This document shows, in pieces, positions 8,336 to 20,682 of a DNA stretch of 32,000 nucleotides. Origin of the DNA: an alpha proteobacterium HIMB59 (GTDB taxonomy: Bacteria; Pseudomonadota; Alphaproteobacteria; HIMB59). The stretch covers positions 1,369,750 through 1,401,749 of the forward strand of contig CP003801.1 in assembly GCA_000299115.1 (NCBI GenBank), written 5' to 3'. Position 1 is the stretch's first letter; the number at the start of each line of letters is the position of its first letter. The notes beneath the pieces were generated by a model, which ran no database searches, had not been told where the DNA came from, and saw nothing but the letters and a program-made list of their open reading frames with translations. A program made the position numbers and the translations under genes.

Positions 8336-9928
8336 ATGTACTTACTGTTGAAAAAGGAAAATATAAAAGAATTATTTTTTATATTAATTAATATAATTTT
8401 TCTGATAATTTTAATGGCAAAAATGCTTTCGCATTTTGACTTAACTGATGAGTCTCAAAAATTCATAAAATTATATTACTTAGTTACAGAAGATAAATAT
8501 TTTGGTTATGACTATAATATCCATCAAGTTTATTTTTTTATATTATACCCTCTTTTAAAATTAATATATCTAATTGATCAAGATTTTTTGATAACAAATT
8601 TTATAATAATTAATAAATCATTATACTTAGCATCTCTTATAAGCTTATTTTACTATTTATTCTTCTATTTAAAAAAATATATCAAAATTGATTATTTTTT
8701 ACTTTTTTTTGTATTATCGATGCCATTTTTTTCAATAAGCAAAGATATATTTTTTTTTACATATGACTCTATTCTGTCTTTATTATTTTTTTATTTTTTT
8801 ATCTTAATAACACAAAATAAGATAAATACTCTAAATTCTACTTTTTTAACAATTATAGCAGGGCTGTCTCATCCCATATTTGGGATTTTTTTCTTTATTG
8901 TATTAAGCTTTAATATAAATAAAAAAAAGTTAATTAATTTTTATACATTAGTAATCTTATTAACATTAGTTATTTCACTAATTATTTTCTATTTTAAAAT
9001 TATATCATTCAATGAACTAGTTATATCATTATCTCAAAGTAGTGAAATGAGTAACTTGCTTATACTAGGAAAACCAAAACAGTTGCTTTTATTATTCAGC
9101 ATTTGTTTGTGCTATTTAATAATAAAATTTAATGAAGAGTTAAAAATAAAAAAAATTCTTATTCGATTTTATCACCAAATTGAATTTCTGTTGTTTACGA
9201 TAATAGTTTTTGTTATCTTTTCGAAGTATTATATTTATGTATCGGGTTTAGCTCTTATACAACTTTACTTACTCAGTTTTAATACTAACAATGGATCTAA
9301 TTTAAAATCAGTTAATTTAATTTTTGAATATGGACTACTTGGTATAATAATATTATCTTTTGTAAGTGGAAATTCACTAACTAAAATTTCAATTATAGCA
9401 ATACCGCTAATTTCTAGTTTCATATTATTAGAAAAAGATAAATTCAAAATTTTAAAATTTAAACTTTTTTTTTTAGTTATGTTTATTTTTATTTTTTATC
9501 AATCAATTTTTTTTCAATACAGGGATGGATCGCTATTTACAAAAAAAACAGAAATTAATACAAGATTTGGTGATATTTTAATAAGTGAAACTAAAGCTAA
9601 ACTTTATAATAATGTTCAATCAAATATTTTAGATAAAAATTTAAATAATTTGACAGTAATCGGTAGTGCGCCTTGGATTTATTTAATAGATGATTATAAA
9701 CCAATCACTAAAAATCTTTTTTTTGATATTAAAACAGAATTATTCTTTGATTATTTATCAGAATTAGAGCCCATTAATTTTATTATAATTGAAAGAGGTA
9801 AGGTGGTTAATGAATATATTTTGAAACTTGATTGTATTACTTATTCTTTTGAATTTGATATTAGTAAAGTAAATAAATTATTAAATCGTAAATATGAGAA
9901 AGATTACTCATTATGCAAAAAAAATTAG
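8336..9928 (+). CDS. Large polytopic membrane protein with a ~140-aa hydrophilic C-terminal domain; candidate GT-C-type glycosyltransferase; family unassigned
   Basis: 530-aa ORF. TM1 (LFFILINIIFLIILMA) is followed by an acidic loop SHFDLTDESQKFIKLYYLVTEDKYFGYDY, then YFFILYPLLKLIYL. Many further hydrophobic segments follow. The soluble tail starts at QYRDGSLFTKKTE. It overlaps the downstream GT2 start by 16 nt. Confidence 0.45.
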   Translation: MYLLLKKENIKELFFILINIIFLIILMAKMLSHFDLTDESQKFIKLYYLVTEDKYFGYDYNIHQVYFFILYPLLKLIYLIDQDFLITNFIIINKSLYLASLISLFYYLFFYLKKYIKIDYFLLFFVLSMPFFSISKDIFFFTYDSILSLLFFYFFILITQNKINTLNSTFLTIIAGLSHPIFGIFFFIVLSFNINKKKLINFYTLVILLTLVISLIIFYFKIISFNELVISLSQSSEMSNLLILGKPKQLLLLFSICLCYLIIKFNEELKIKKILIRFYHQIEFLLFTIIVFVIFSKYYIYVSGLALIQLYLLSFNTNNGSNLKSVNLIFEYGLLGIIILSFVSGNSLTKISIIAIPLISSFILLEKDKFKILKFKLFFLVMFIFIFYQSIFFQYRDGSLFTKKTEINTRFGDILISETKAKLYNNVQSNILDKNLNNLTVIGSAPWIYLIDDYKPITKNLFFDIKTELFFDYLSELEPINFIIIERGKVVNEYILKLDCITYSFEFDISKVNKLLNRKYEKDYSLCKKN

Positions 9929-10659
9929 AAAAATATTTTGAGTTATCGGTTCTAGTACCAACCTTTCACGAAGAAAAAAATATAAAAGATTTTTATGATG
10001 CTTTTCAAAAAATCAATAGCAAATCAAAAAAATTTTTTCTCTTTGTTGATGATAGTAAAAATAATTTAACTTCACTTCAGATTGATAAATATTTTAATGG
10101 AAAAGATTACAAAATCCTAAAATTCAAAAAAAATAAACAAATATCAACTAGGTGCAAATCTTCATGGAAGGGTTTTATTTGGTTAACAAAAAACATTAAT
10201 TGTAATTATGTAGTTGAAATGGATATAGATTTAGCTCAACATCCCAAAGATCTCAATCGAGGCCTAAATTATCTAACTAAAAAAAAGGGGGATGTAATAA
10301 TTTTTTCAAAATATTTGAAAAATTCAAAAAACGAAGGAAGGACTATTTTAAGAAAAGTAATTAGTTATCTATACTCAAAAATTTGTAGGACGCTTTTTTC
10401 TGAAAAAATAACTGACTATAGTAACTCTTATAGAATATATAAAACTGAGTCTTTAAAAGATTTACTTAAAACAAAAAGAAATTTTGATAGTCCTATTCAA
10501 CATTTGGAAAATATTTTATTCTTTCTTAAGAGAGGTTATGATATTCATGAGACTCATTGTCATTATGTTGAAAGAAAAAATACTGATAGTTCTATTAAAT
10601 TAAGGCACTTATATGCATATTCATTAGACTTTGTTTCTTGTATAATAAGAAATTTATAG
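9913..10659 (+). CDS. GT2 glycosyltransferase, DPM1/GtrB/ArnC-like polyprenyl-phosphate sugar synthase
   Basis: LSVLVPTFHEEKNI, VVEMDIDLAQHPKDL, DYSNSYRIYKTESL (compare DPM1 D.TGSFRLY.K..L). Confidence 0.75.
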   Translation: MQKKLEKYFELSVLVPTFHEEKNIKDFYDAFQKINSKSKKFFLFVDDSKNNLTSLQIDKYFNGKDYKILKFKKNKQISTRCKSSWKGFIWLTKNINCNYVVEMDIDLAQHPKDLNRGLNYLTKKKGDVIIFSKYLKNSKNEGRTILRKVISYLYSKICRTLFSEKITDYSNSYRIYKTESLKDLLKTKRNFDSPIQHLENILFFLKRGYDIHETHCHYVERKNTDSSIKLRHLYAYSLDFVSCIIRNL

Positions 10660-11823
10660 AGTTCTAGTATTTCCGTAATGTACTATTGTTAAATCTTTCC
10701 TTGAACTTCTTAGCTCTCTATACGGATCAATAATTATACTTTCCTGATTAAATTGATGATCTTTAAAAGTAATATTGTCATGAATCAAATAAACAAAGCT
10801 TTCGTTTTTATTAGGCTCAATATCATAAAAAACTTTGATTTTGTTTTTTGATAAATTCTCAATATACCATCCAACTAAAATTGAAGGTGAACCTTCATCT
10901 TGATCTTTTAGCCCAGGTTTGAATGATTTGCCTAATATAACAACATTCTTATTATATTCTAGGCATCTGACGGCCATATTTTTTGCTTGAACTTCACGTG
11001 ATAACATAATTGAGGAAAAAAGATCATAGCCAATATCATATTCTTTGGCTAACCACCTTAGGGCTATGTTGTCTCTTGGATGACATCCCCCGCCATCGCC
11101 AAAACCAGCTTTCATATAACTTGGACCCATTATTCTCATAGTCGAATTTTTTAATGCATTTGTTACAATATCTACATTAATGTTTCTAACCTTTTCCGAT
11201 ACATCCTGAATCATATTTACAAGACATAACTTTGTTGTAATGAATGTATTATAAAAAATTTTTATTGACTCTGCCTCTTCCCATGTGCCGAATTCAATCC
11301 TTGGATTAGAAATCATAGTTTTATAAAATTCGAAAAGTTTTTTGACATCACCATCTTCTTGTGCGTTTTCATTGCCTATGATAATCATTTCAGGGTTTAA
11401 AAAATCCCATTTAACAGTTCCTTGTGCTATAAGGTAGGGGTTATAAATAAATCTTTTGTTATTTAATATAGGCTTTACTAGTCTTCTAATAGTTCCTGGT
11501 AAAACTGTAGATATAAGCACAATAAGAGTTTTTTCATCAGTCAACTCAGATACTTTTTTTGTTATATCTAGTAAAATACTATATTCAAAATCCTTTGGTA
11601 TTAAATGACTTGTTGGAAATTTTCCATCATAGTCAGGATCATGAGGTGTGGGAACAGCTATAAAAACGAAATCTTTATTTTTAACAGCCTCTGATAGGTT
11701 ATTTGTTGTAGGTATAGTAGTTTCAACTTCTCTTATATCGTACCCAACAACATTATGCTTATTTGCCATTGTTTCGGCAACATCTCTACCTAATTTTCCT
11801 ATACCAACAAAACCTACGTTCAT
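10654..11823 (-). CDS. Nucleotide-sugar dehydrogenase (UDP-glucose/GDP-mannose dehydrogenase family)
   Basis: N-terminal NAD fold VGFVGIGKLGRDVAETMA, IAVPTP, EEAESIKIFYNTF, catalytic-Cys block GFGDGGGCHPRDNIAL. Confidence 0.8.
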   Translation of the reverse strand: MNVGFVGIGKLGRDVAETMANKHNVVGYDIREVETTIPTTNNLSEAVKNKDFVFIAVPTPHDPDYDGKFPTSHLIPKDFEYSILLDITKKVSELTDEKTLIVLISTVLPGTIRRLVKPILNNKRFIYNPYLIAQGTVKWDFLNPEMIIIGNENAQEDGDVKKLFEFYKTMISNPRIEFGTWEEAESIKIFYNTFITTKLCLVNMIQDVSEKVRNINVDIVTNALKNSTMRIMGPSYMKAGFGDGGGCHPRDNIALRWLAKEYDIGYDLFSSIMLSREVQAKNMAVRCLEYNKNVVILGKSFKPGLKDQDEGSPSILVGWYIENLSKNKIKVFYDIEPNKNESFVYLIHDNITFKDHQFNQESIIIDPYRELRSSRKDLTIVHYGNTRTL

Positions 11824-11895
11824 AGCTATTAAATATACATGTAAAAATTAAAGTCTCATCAAGATAATTGTAAGTATGTAAGCGATAATTAAAAT

Positions 11896-12008
11896 AGGCG
11901 GCGTCCTACTCTCCCAAGCCTTAAGACTAAGTACCATCGGCGCTGGAGGCCTTCACGACCGAGTTCGAAATGGGATCGGGTTTTTTCACTCCGCTATGAC
12001 CGCCACAA
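11896..12008 (-). rRNA. rrf: 5S ribosomal RNA
   Basis: The minus strand reads ...GGCGGTCATAGCGGAGTGAAAAAACCCGATCCCATTTCGAACTCGGTCGTGAAGGCCTCCAGCGCCGATGGTACTTAGTCTTAAGGCTTGGGAGAGTAGGACGCCGCC. The conserved CCGAACTCGG, GCGCCGATGGTA and GGGAGAGTAGG blocks are present. Ends are approximate to +/-3 nt. Confidence 0.93.
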
Positions 12009-12033
12009 ACTTTTTATAACATTGTAGTTAAAA

Positions 12034-12051
12034 CTTTTCGCTGTGTATTAT
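12034..12051 (-). other. 3' half of the extended 23S processing stem, in the 23S-5S spacer
   Basis: See the partner entry. Confidence 0.7.
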
Positions 12052-14769
<2,718 letters not shown>

Positions 14770-14788
14770 ATTAACACACAGTGAAAAG
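14770..14788 (-). other. 5' half of the extended 23S processing stem; pairs with 12034..12051
   Basis: The reverse complement of 14761-14788 (CTTTTCACTGTGTGTTAATAATTCAAGC) matches 12034-12060 (CTTTTCGCTGTGTATTATAATTCAAGC), differing by 2 mismatches and 1 indel. Confidence 0.7.
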
Positions 14789-14905
14789 TTTGTGTTTGTT
14801 AATAACTTTTTGTAGTTATTTGTTGTTATTATTTGTGTTTTAACGAACAACTCGTGCAAAGTCGTTCGTTATTATCAGCTTACATATTTACGATTTTAAA
14901 GATGT

Positions 14906-14981
14906 TGGTGGAGGATAGCGGGATCGAACCGCTGACCTCCTGAATGCAAATCAGGCGCTCTCCCAGCTGAGCTAATCCCCC
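14906..14981 (-). tRNA. tRNA-Ala (anticodon UGC), CCA encoded
   Basis: Minus strand: GGGGGATTAGCTCAGCTGGGAGAGCGCCTGATTTGCATTCAGGAGGTCAGCGGTTCGATCCCGCTATCCTCCACCA. It folds as a cloverleaf with the G3:U70 alanine identity pair and anticodon loop TTTGCAT. Confidence 0.95.
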
Positions 14982-14989
14982 AACGGTGT

Positions 14990-15066
14990 TGGTGGGCGAG
15001 GGAGGACTTGAACCTCCGACCTCACGCTTATCAAGCGCGCGCTCTAACCAACTGAGCTACACGCCC
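14990..15066 (-). tRNA. tRNA-Ile (anticodon GAU), CCA encoded
   Basis: Minus strand: GGGCGTGTAGCTCAGTTGGTTAGAGCGCGCGCTTGATAAGCGTGAGGTCGGAGGTTCAAGTCCTCCCTCGCCCACCA. Anticodon loop CTTGATAAG. It lies 8 nt from tRNA-Ala in the 16S-23S spacer. Confidence 0.95.
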
Positions 15067-15107
15067 AATTAATGCCCTTTATCAACATAGTTGAAAAAAG
15101 CAAAACA

Positions 15108-15119
15108 AATAGACGGTGG
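15108..15119 (-). other. 3' half of the 16S processing stem; pairs with 16768..16779
   Basis: See the partner entry. It lies about 42 nt downstream of the 16S 3' end in the transcript. Confidence 0.7.
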
Positions 15120-15158
15120 TTACTTTGAACGTACACTGAGTTCAAAGTTTTTTTTCCT

Positions 15159-16656
<1,498 letters not shown>

Positions 16657-16767
16657 AATTACCTACTCATAAAAAACAAAGTTTTAAATTGACGTAGGTT
16701 AGACGCCGAATATCGAGCAAGTATTTTTTTAAAAACACTCACTTCACCGAAATTCAACGTTATAAAC

Positions 16768-16779
16768 CCACCGTCTATT
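16768..16779 (-). other. 5' half of the 16S processing (RNase III-type) stem; pairs with 15108..15119
   Basis: Plus-strand CCACCGTCTATT at 16768-16779 is the perfect reverse complement of AATAGACGGTGG at 15108-15119. This 12-bp inverted repeat brackets the 16S. Confidence 0.7.
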
Positions 16780-16795
16780 CATTTCATATTTACTA

Positions 16796-16808
16796 AAAAT
16801 AAAGAGCA
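16796..16808 (-). promoter_or_regulatory. boxA-like antitermination element in the rRNA leader
   Basis: Minus strand TGCTCTTTATTTT. The first 9 nt are identical to the E. coli rrn boxA TGCTCTTTAACAA. It sits between the candidate promoter and the 16S processing stem. Confidence 0.55.
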
Positions 16809-16860
16809 AGAATCACTGGTGCACAATAAATGGCCCAATGAGTCGAATAAAGTAGGAGTA

Positions 16861-16920
16861 TATCTACACTTTCTTCTGATTTTGTCAAATTATAATTAAT
16901 AAAAATAATAAAAATTTTAC
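16861..16920 (-). promoter_or_regulatory. Candidate rRNA operon promoter: -35 TTGACA (16888-16883), 16-nt spacer, -10 TAGATA (16866-16861), preceded by an A/T-only UP-element-like stretch (16889-16920)
   Basis: Minus strand: GTAAAATTTTTATTATTTTTATTAATTATAAT-TTGACA-AAATCAGAAGAAAGTG-TAGATA. It lies about 200 nt upstream of the mature 16S 5' end. The -35 is perfect and the -10 is weak. Confidence 0.5.
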
Positions 16921-16940
16921 GTTGAAATTATTGACTTATT

Positions 16941-17996
16941 TTATTTTCCTAGCTTGGATTTGTGATTTCCGTTCCCGATGTAAACCTCTTTATTTAACTC
17001 TATAGATTTATAGATAGCATTAACAAGAATAAGAGATTTAATTCCATCTTTGCCAAAAGTTACTTGGTTAACTTTGCCTTTCATTGATTTAATTACATTT
17101 TCATAAAAACTTTTATGGCCAAAACCATAGACATTTGGGGGTAAAGTAAGGTATTTCTTTAAATTAACTCTGTCTGTTTTTTTATTTTTAGTAACAAACC
17201 AATTTTTTATTTCATTTACCGCAAAGCCACCTAACTCTACTGTACCTTTTGATCCTAAAATTGAAATAGAACCCTCTAAATCTCTTGGTCTTGTAGCAGT
17301 GGTAGCCTCAATTAAACCTAATGCGCCATTTTTAAATTTTAAAATAACAATGGCAGTATCCTCAGCTTCAATGCGTGCTGATGCATTTATACTTTTTGCA
17401 TACACGCTTTTTACATCTCCTACCATCCATTCTAATAAGTCTATATGGTGAATTGCTTGATTGGCTAAAACCCCACCATCGAGTTGCCAAGAACCTCTCC
17501 ATTTATCTTTCAAATAATAATCATTGTCTCTTTTCCATCTAACTCTAATCGTACCCAAAAAAATTTTTCCAAGAGATTTATTTATTAATGCTTTTTTTAA
17601 TTTTAAGACAGCAGGATTGAATCTATTTTGTTTAACTACGAATAATTTTAATTTTTTACTTTGAAATATTTTAATCATTTTTTTCGCATCACTAACTTTT
17701 AAGGCCATCGGTTTTTCTACAATTACATGAACATTAAATTTTGATAATTCAATCGCATGCTTACAATGATTGCCACTTTCAGTTAACACAGAAACAATGT
17801 CTATTTCATTTTCTTCCATCATTTCAGTTATATTTTGATAAGATTTACAATGATATTTTTTTGATAAAAAATCAGCTTTATGTTTTTCTTTATCACATAC
17901 TGCAATTAATTTTGCATTTTTAATTTGACCACTGGACAGAAGCTCAGCATGACGACTCGATATTCTACCACAGCCTAATAAAGCAAATTTTATCAT
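16941..17996 (-). CDS. Gfo/Idh/MocA-family NAD(P)-dependent oxidoreductase (sugar/nucleotide-sugar dehydrogenase type)
   Basis: MIKFALLGCGRISSRHAELL (N-terminal Rossmann fold), VIVEKPMALKVSDAKKM (EKP motif), plus the C-terminal alpha/beta domain. It sits in a glycan context. Confidence 0.8.
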   Translation of the reverse strand: MIKFALLGCGRISSRHAELLSSGQIKNAKLIAVCDKEKHKADFLSKKYHCKSYQNITEMMEENEIDIVSVLTESGNHCKHAIELSKFNVHVIVEKPMALKVSDAKKMIKIFQSKKLKLFVVKQNRFNPAVLKLKKALINKSLGKIFLGTIRVRWKRDNDYYLKDKWRGSWQLDGGVLANQAIHHIDLLEWMVGDVKSVYAKSINASARIEAEDTAIVILKFKNGALGLIEATTATRPRDLEGSISILGSKGTVELGGFAVNEIKNWFVTKNKKTDRVNLKKYLTLPPNVYGFGHKSFYENVIKSMKGKVNQVTFGKDGIKSLILVNAIYKSIELNKEVYIGNGNHKSKLGK

Positions 17997-18055
17997 TTAA
18001 GTTTATAGTTTATGGAGTATATTATTTTTTTAATCATTTAAAGAAATAAGAAACT

Positions 18056-18997
18056 ATGAAAAAAAATTTACTAATAACTGGTGGATCAGGATTTCTTGGA
18101 ATAAATTTAAGCAAAAAACTTAAAAAGAAATATAATATTATTTTAGGCGCAAGAAATAATAAACTAAATCAAGAGGCTCAAAATACAACTGGATGCCTTA
18201 CTGTCCCATTAGATGTAAGCTCTTCAAAGTCTGTAAGAGATGTTTTCAATTTTGCCAAACCCGATATAGTTATCCATGCAGCCGCAACAAAATTTGTTGA
18301 TCTATCTGAGAAATTTCCCCTCGAATGCATTGACATAAATGTGAATGGATCAGCTAATATAGTTAGAGAGTCTATAAATTTTGGTGTGAAAAAAGTAATT
18401 GGTATTTCAACTGATAAAGCATCACCACCAATAAAAAATACCTATGGATTGTCCAAATCTATCATGGAAAGGCTTTTCATTAGATCAAACTCAAAGAATA
18501 CAATTTTTCTTTGTGTTAGATATGGAAATGTAGCATGGTCAACTAAGTCTGTTTTGCCAGTTTGGAAAGATATGTTCCAAAAAAATAAAAAAATCATAAG
18601 TACCGGACCTCACATGAGAAGATTTTTTTTTACTATTGATGATGCTGTATCCTTAGTAGAGTTTGCTTTAGATAATTCAAATAAATATTCAGGCAAAATA
18701 ATTTCACGAGAGATGAAATCAGCAAAAGTAAAAGATTTGTTGGAAGTATGGATAAATTATTATGGTGGAAGTTACATGTATTCAAATGAAAGACCGGGTG
18801 AGAGATATGATGAATACCTAATAGGTAAAGAAGAACTTGATTATACATATTCGAAAATCATCAATGGTATCAAATACTATTTTATCGATTTCGATAAAAA
18901 AGCTAAAAACCCATTAAAAAAGATAGTCTCATCAGAAAATGCTAAAAGTCTCAATAAGAAAGAAATAAAAAAATTGATTGATTTTGGACTCAAATAA
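18056..18997 (+). CDS. PseB/FlaA1/CapD-family nucleotide-sugar 4,6-dehydratase (UDP-GlcNAc 4,6-dehydratase-like)
   Basis: LLITGGSGFLG, HAAATKFVDLSEKFPLECIDINVNGSANI, GISTDKASPPIKNTYGLSKSIMERLF, VRYGNVAWSTKSVLPVW, MRRFFFTIDDAVSLV, ERPGERYDEYLI. Block by block this parallels H. pylori FlaA1 as I recall it. Confidence 0.75.
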   Translation: MKKNLLITGGSGFLGINLSKKLKKKYNIILGARNNKLNQEAQNTTGCLTVPLDVSSSKSVRDVFNFAKPDIVIHAAATKFVDLSEKFPLECIDINVNGSANIVRESINFGVKKVIGISTDKASPPIKNTYGLSKSIMERLFIRSNSKNTIFLCVRYGNVAWSTKSVLPVWKDMFQKNKKIISTGPHMRRFFFTIDDAVSLVEFALDNSNKYSGKIISREMKSAKVKDLLEVWINYYGGSYMYSNERPGERYDEYLIGKEELDYTYSKIINGIKYYFIDFDKKAKNPLKKIVSSENAKSLNKKEIKKLIDFGLK

Positions 18998-19664
18998 TAA
19001 AAAAAAAATTCAGTATGCAGTAATAATGGCTGCTGGTAGGGGTATGAGACTTATGCCATTCAGCAATTTTATTCCAAAAGCATTAATGCCAATTTATGAA
19101 ACTAGCCTAATATCAAAAGGTATTAGTGAAATATCTAAAGAAATAAGTAAAATTTGTATTACCGTAGGGTATAAAAAAAAAGAACTTTCTAACCATGTTC
19201 TTGACTATAAAATTCACTCAATCATTAATACTGAAGGTAAGGGTAACTGTTGGTGGGTTTACAATAGTTTATTTAAAAATTTAGATGAACCTGTATTAGT
19301 TATGACCTGTGATAATGTTACTAAACTTGACTATCAAGCACTTTTTAAAAATTATCTAAAGCACAATTCTCCTCCAGTCATGATAGTTGGGGTCAGGCCA
19401 ATTAATGGAATTGATGGTGATTATATAAAAGCTTCAAATAATATAATTTCTAAACTATCAAGGAGAATAAGAACTAATTTATATTCTTCAGGAATACAAA
19501 TTATTAATCCCTATAAAATTAATCAAGTTACTAAATCAAAATCTGATTTTAAATTTCTTTGGGAAGAATTAATAAAAAAAAATATGCTATATTTATCTGA
19601 TGTAAAACCCAAAAAATGGTTTAGTGTTGATACTCTTGAAACGCTCGCAAAAATTAATAGATGA
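18978..19664 (+). CDS. Sugar-phosphate nucleotidyltransferase (NTP_transferase fold); substrate unknown
   Basis: AVIMAAGRGMRLMPFSNFIPKALMPI (G-x-G-x-R-L...PK motif). About 228 aa. The start is a TTG at 18978 overlapping the upstream stop. An A10 run lies at codons 8-10. Confidence 0.7.
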   Translation: MILDSNNKKKIQYAVIMAAGRGMRLMPFSNFIPKALMPIYETSLISKGISEISKEISKICITVGYKKKELSNHVLDYKIHSIINTEGKGNCWWVYNSLFKNLDEPVLVMTCDNVTKLDYQALFKNYLKHNSPPVMIVGVRPINGIDGDYIKASNNIISKLSRRIRTNLYSSGIQIINPYKINQVTKSKSDFKFLWEELIKKNMLYLSDVKPKKWFSVDTLETLAKINR

Positions 19665-20334
19665 TGTTCTTGTTGCAATACCAATATATAATGAGGAAAA
19701 ATATATTGGAAAACTTCTAAACCAATTAATAAAATTATTTAAACATATCATTGTAATTGACAATGGTTCTATCGATAATTCTGTAAATATCTGTAAAAAC
19801 TTTGACATCACAATAATTCATCATCCAATAAATATTGGAAAAGCAGAATCAATGAAAACTGCAGCAATGTATTCTCAAACTTTAAATTATATAAAATACA
19901 TTGCATATATAGATGGTGACCTTCAACACGATCCTTTTGATTTATTGGAGATGTACTATTATGTAGTTGAAAATAATTATGATGTTGTTGTCGGATCTAG
20001 ATCTTTTGATAAAAATATGCCATTAGTAAGAATTATAGGCAATAAATTATATAGCTACCTTTGTTTAATTCTTTTTAATTTAAAAATTAAAGACGTACAG
20101 TGTGGTATGCGAATTTTAAAAAAGGAAATAATGCCCAAATTTGATTGGGACCTTAGTTTTGGCCAGCATTATTTCTTTGATGCTAAAATGACACTTTCAT
20201 TTAAAAAACTTAAATTAAATTATGGGCAAAAAAATATTAAAACAATTTTTCATGATAAAAGTAAGGGTATGAATTTTCTTCAAGGAATTTATCTATTGCT
20301 TATGATTATTTATTGGAGAATATTTTTAAAATGA
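19624..20334 (+). CDS. GT2 glycosyltransferase, DPM1/GtrB-like
   Basis: VLVAIPIYNEEKYI, VIDNGSIDNS, AYIDGDLQHDP, VVVGSR, DVQCGMRILKKE. No in-frame ATG lies near the 5' end, so a GTG (19624) or TTG (19627/19636) start is likely. Confidence 0.75.
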   Translation: MLILLKRSQKLIDDVLVAIPIYNEEKYIGKLLNQLIKLFKHIIVIDNGSIDNSVNICKNFDITIIHHPINIGKAESMKTAAMYSQTLNYIKYIAYIDGDLQHDPFDLLEMYYYVVENNYDVVVGSRSFDKNMPLVRIIGNKLYSYLCLILFNLKIKDVQCGMRILKKEIMPKFDWDLSFGQHYFFDAKMTLSFKKLKLNYGQKNIKTIFHDKSKGMNFLQGIYLLLMIIYWRIFLK

Positions 20335-20681
20335 ATTTTTTTTTAAGTTTTATATCTATAGCTTTAACTCTTCTACTCTTAAGTAACTTTTATTTAAGCT
20401 ACAAAAAAAAAGTTATCAATCTTTTTGAGATGGCTGTAATACTAATTATTTTCAGTTTTGTAATATTTGTGTCTCTGAGACCTTCCTCAGTTGATAAAAT
20501 TTTTTATAGTGTTTTAGGATATTCATTTAAAGATTTTGTGAATATAATTTCAATTATTATTTTATTTTATCTTTCTTTTTTAAATTATTCAAAAATTAAA
20601 GATTTAGACAAAAAAATTAATCAATTAATTCGATTAGAGTCATTAAAAGAAATCAAAAACAAATATGATGATTTTAAATGA
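20331..20681 (+). CDS. Small 3-TM membrane protein with a charged C-terminal helix; GtrA/DUF2304-like partner of the GT2 (tentative)
   Basis: ORF 20313..20681. The ATG at 20331 forms an ATGA overlap with the GT2 stop. Hydrophobic segments: FFLSFISIALTLLLLSNFYL, MAVILIIFSFVIFVSL, FVNIISIIILFYLSFL. The tail is KDLDKKINQLIRLESLKEIKNKYDDFK. Confidence 0.5.
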   Translation: MNFFLSFISIALTLLLLSNFYLSYKKKVINLFEMAVILIIFSFVIFVSLRPSSVDKIFYSVLGYSFKDFVNIISIIILFYLSFLNYSKIKDLDKKINQLIRLESLKEIKNKYDDFK

Positions 20682-20682
20682 G

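Noticed and set aside
14990-15066. An apparent U6-U67 mismatch in the acceptor stem of tRNA-Ile(GAU).
   Set aside because: A single non-Watson-Crick pair in an otherwise canonical cloverleaf, inside an rRNA operon, is within normal tRNA variation. It is not evidence of a pseudogene.
15122-15155. A perfect 9-bp hairpin (ACTTTGAAC-gtacactga-GTTCAAAGT) followed by T8 on the plus strand. It looks like a rho-independent terminator.
   Set aside because: It sits in the 16S-tRNAIle spacer and is antisense to the rRNA transcript. In the real (minus-strand) transcript the A-run precedes the stem, so it cannot terminate the operon. It is more likely a spacer or processing helix. A role in blocking antisense transcription is possible but unsupported.
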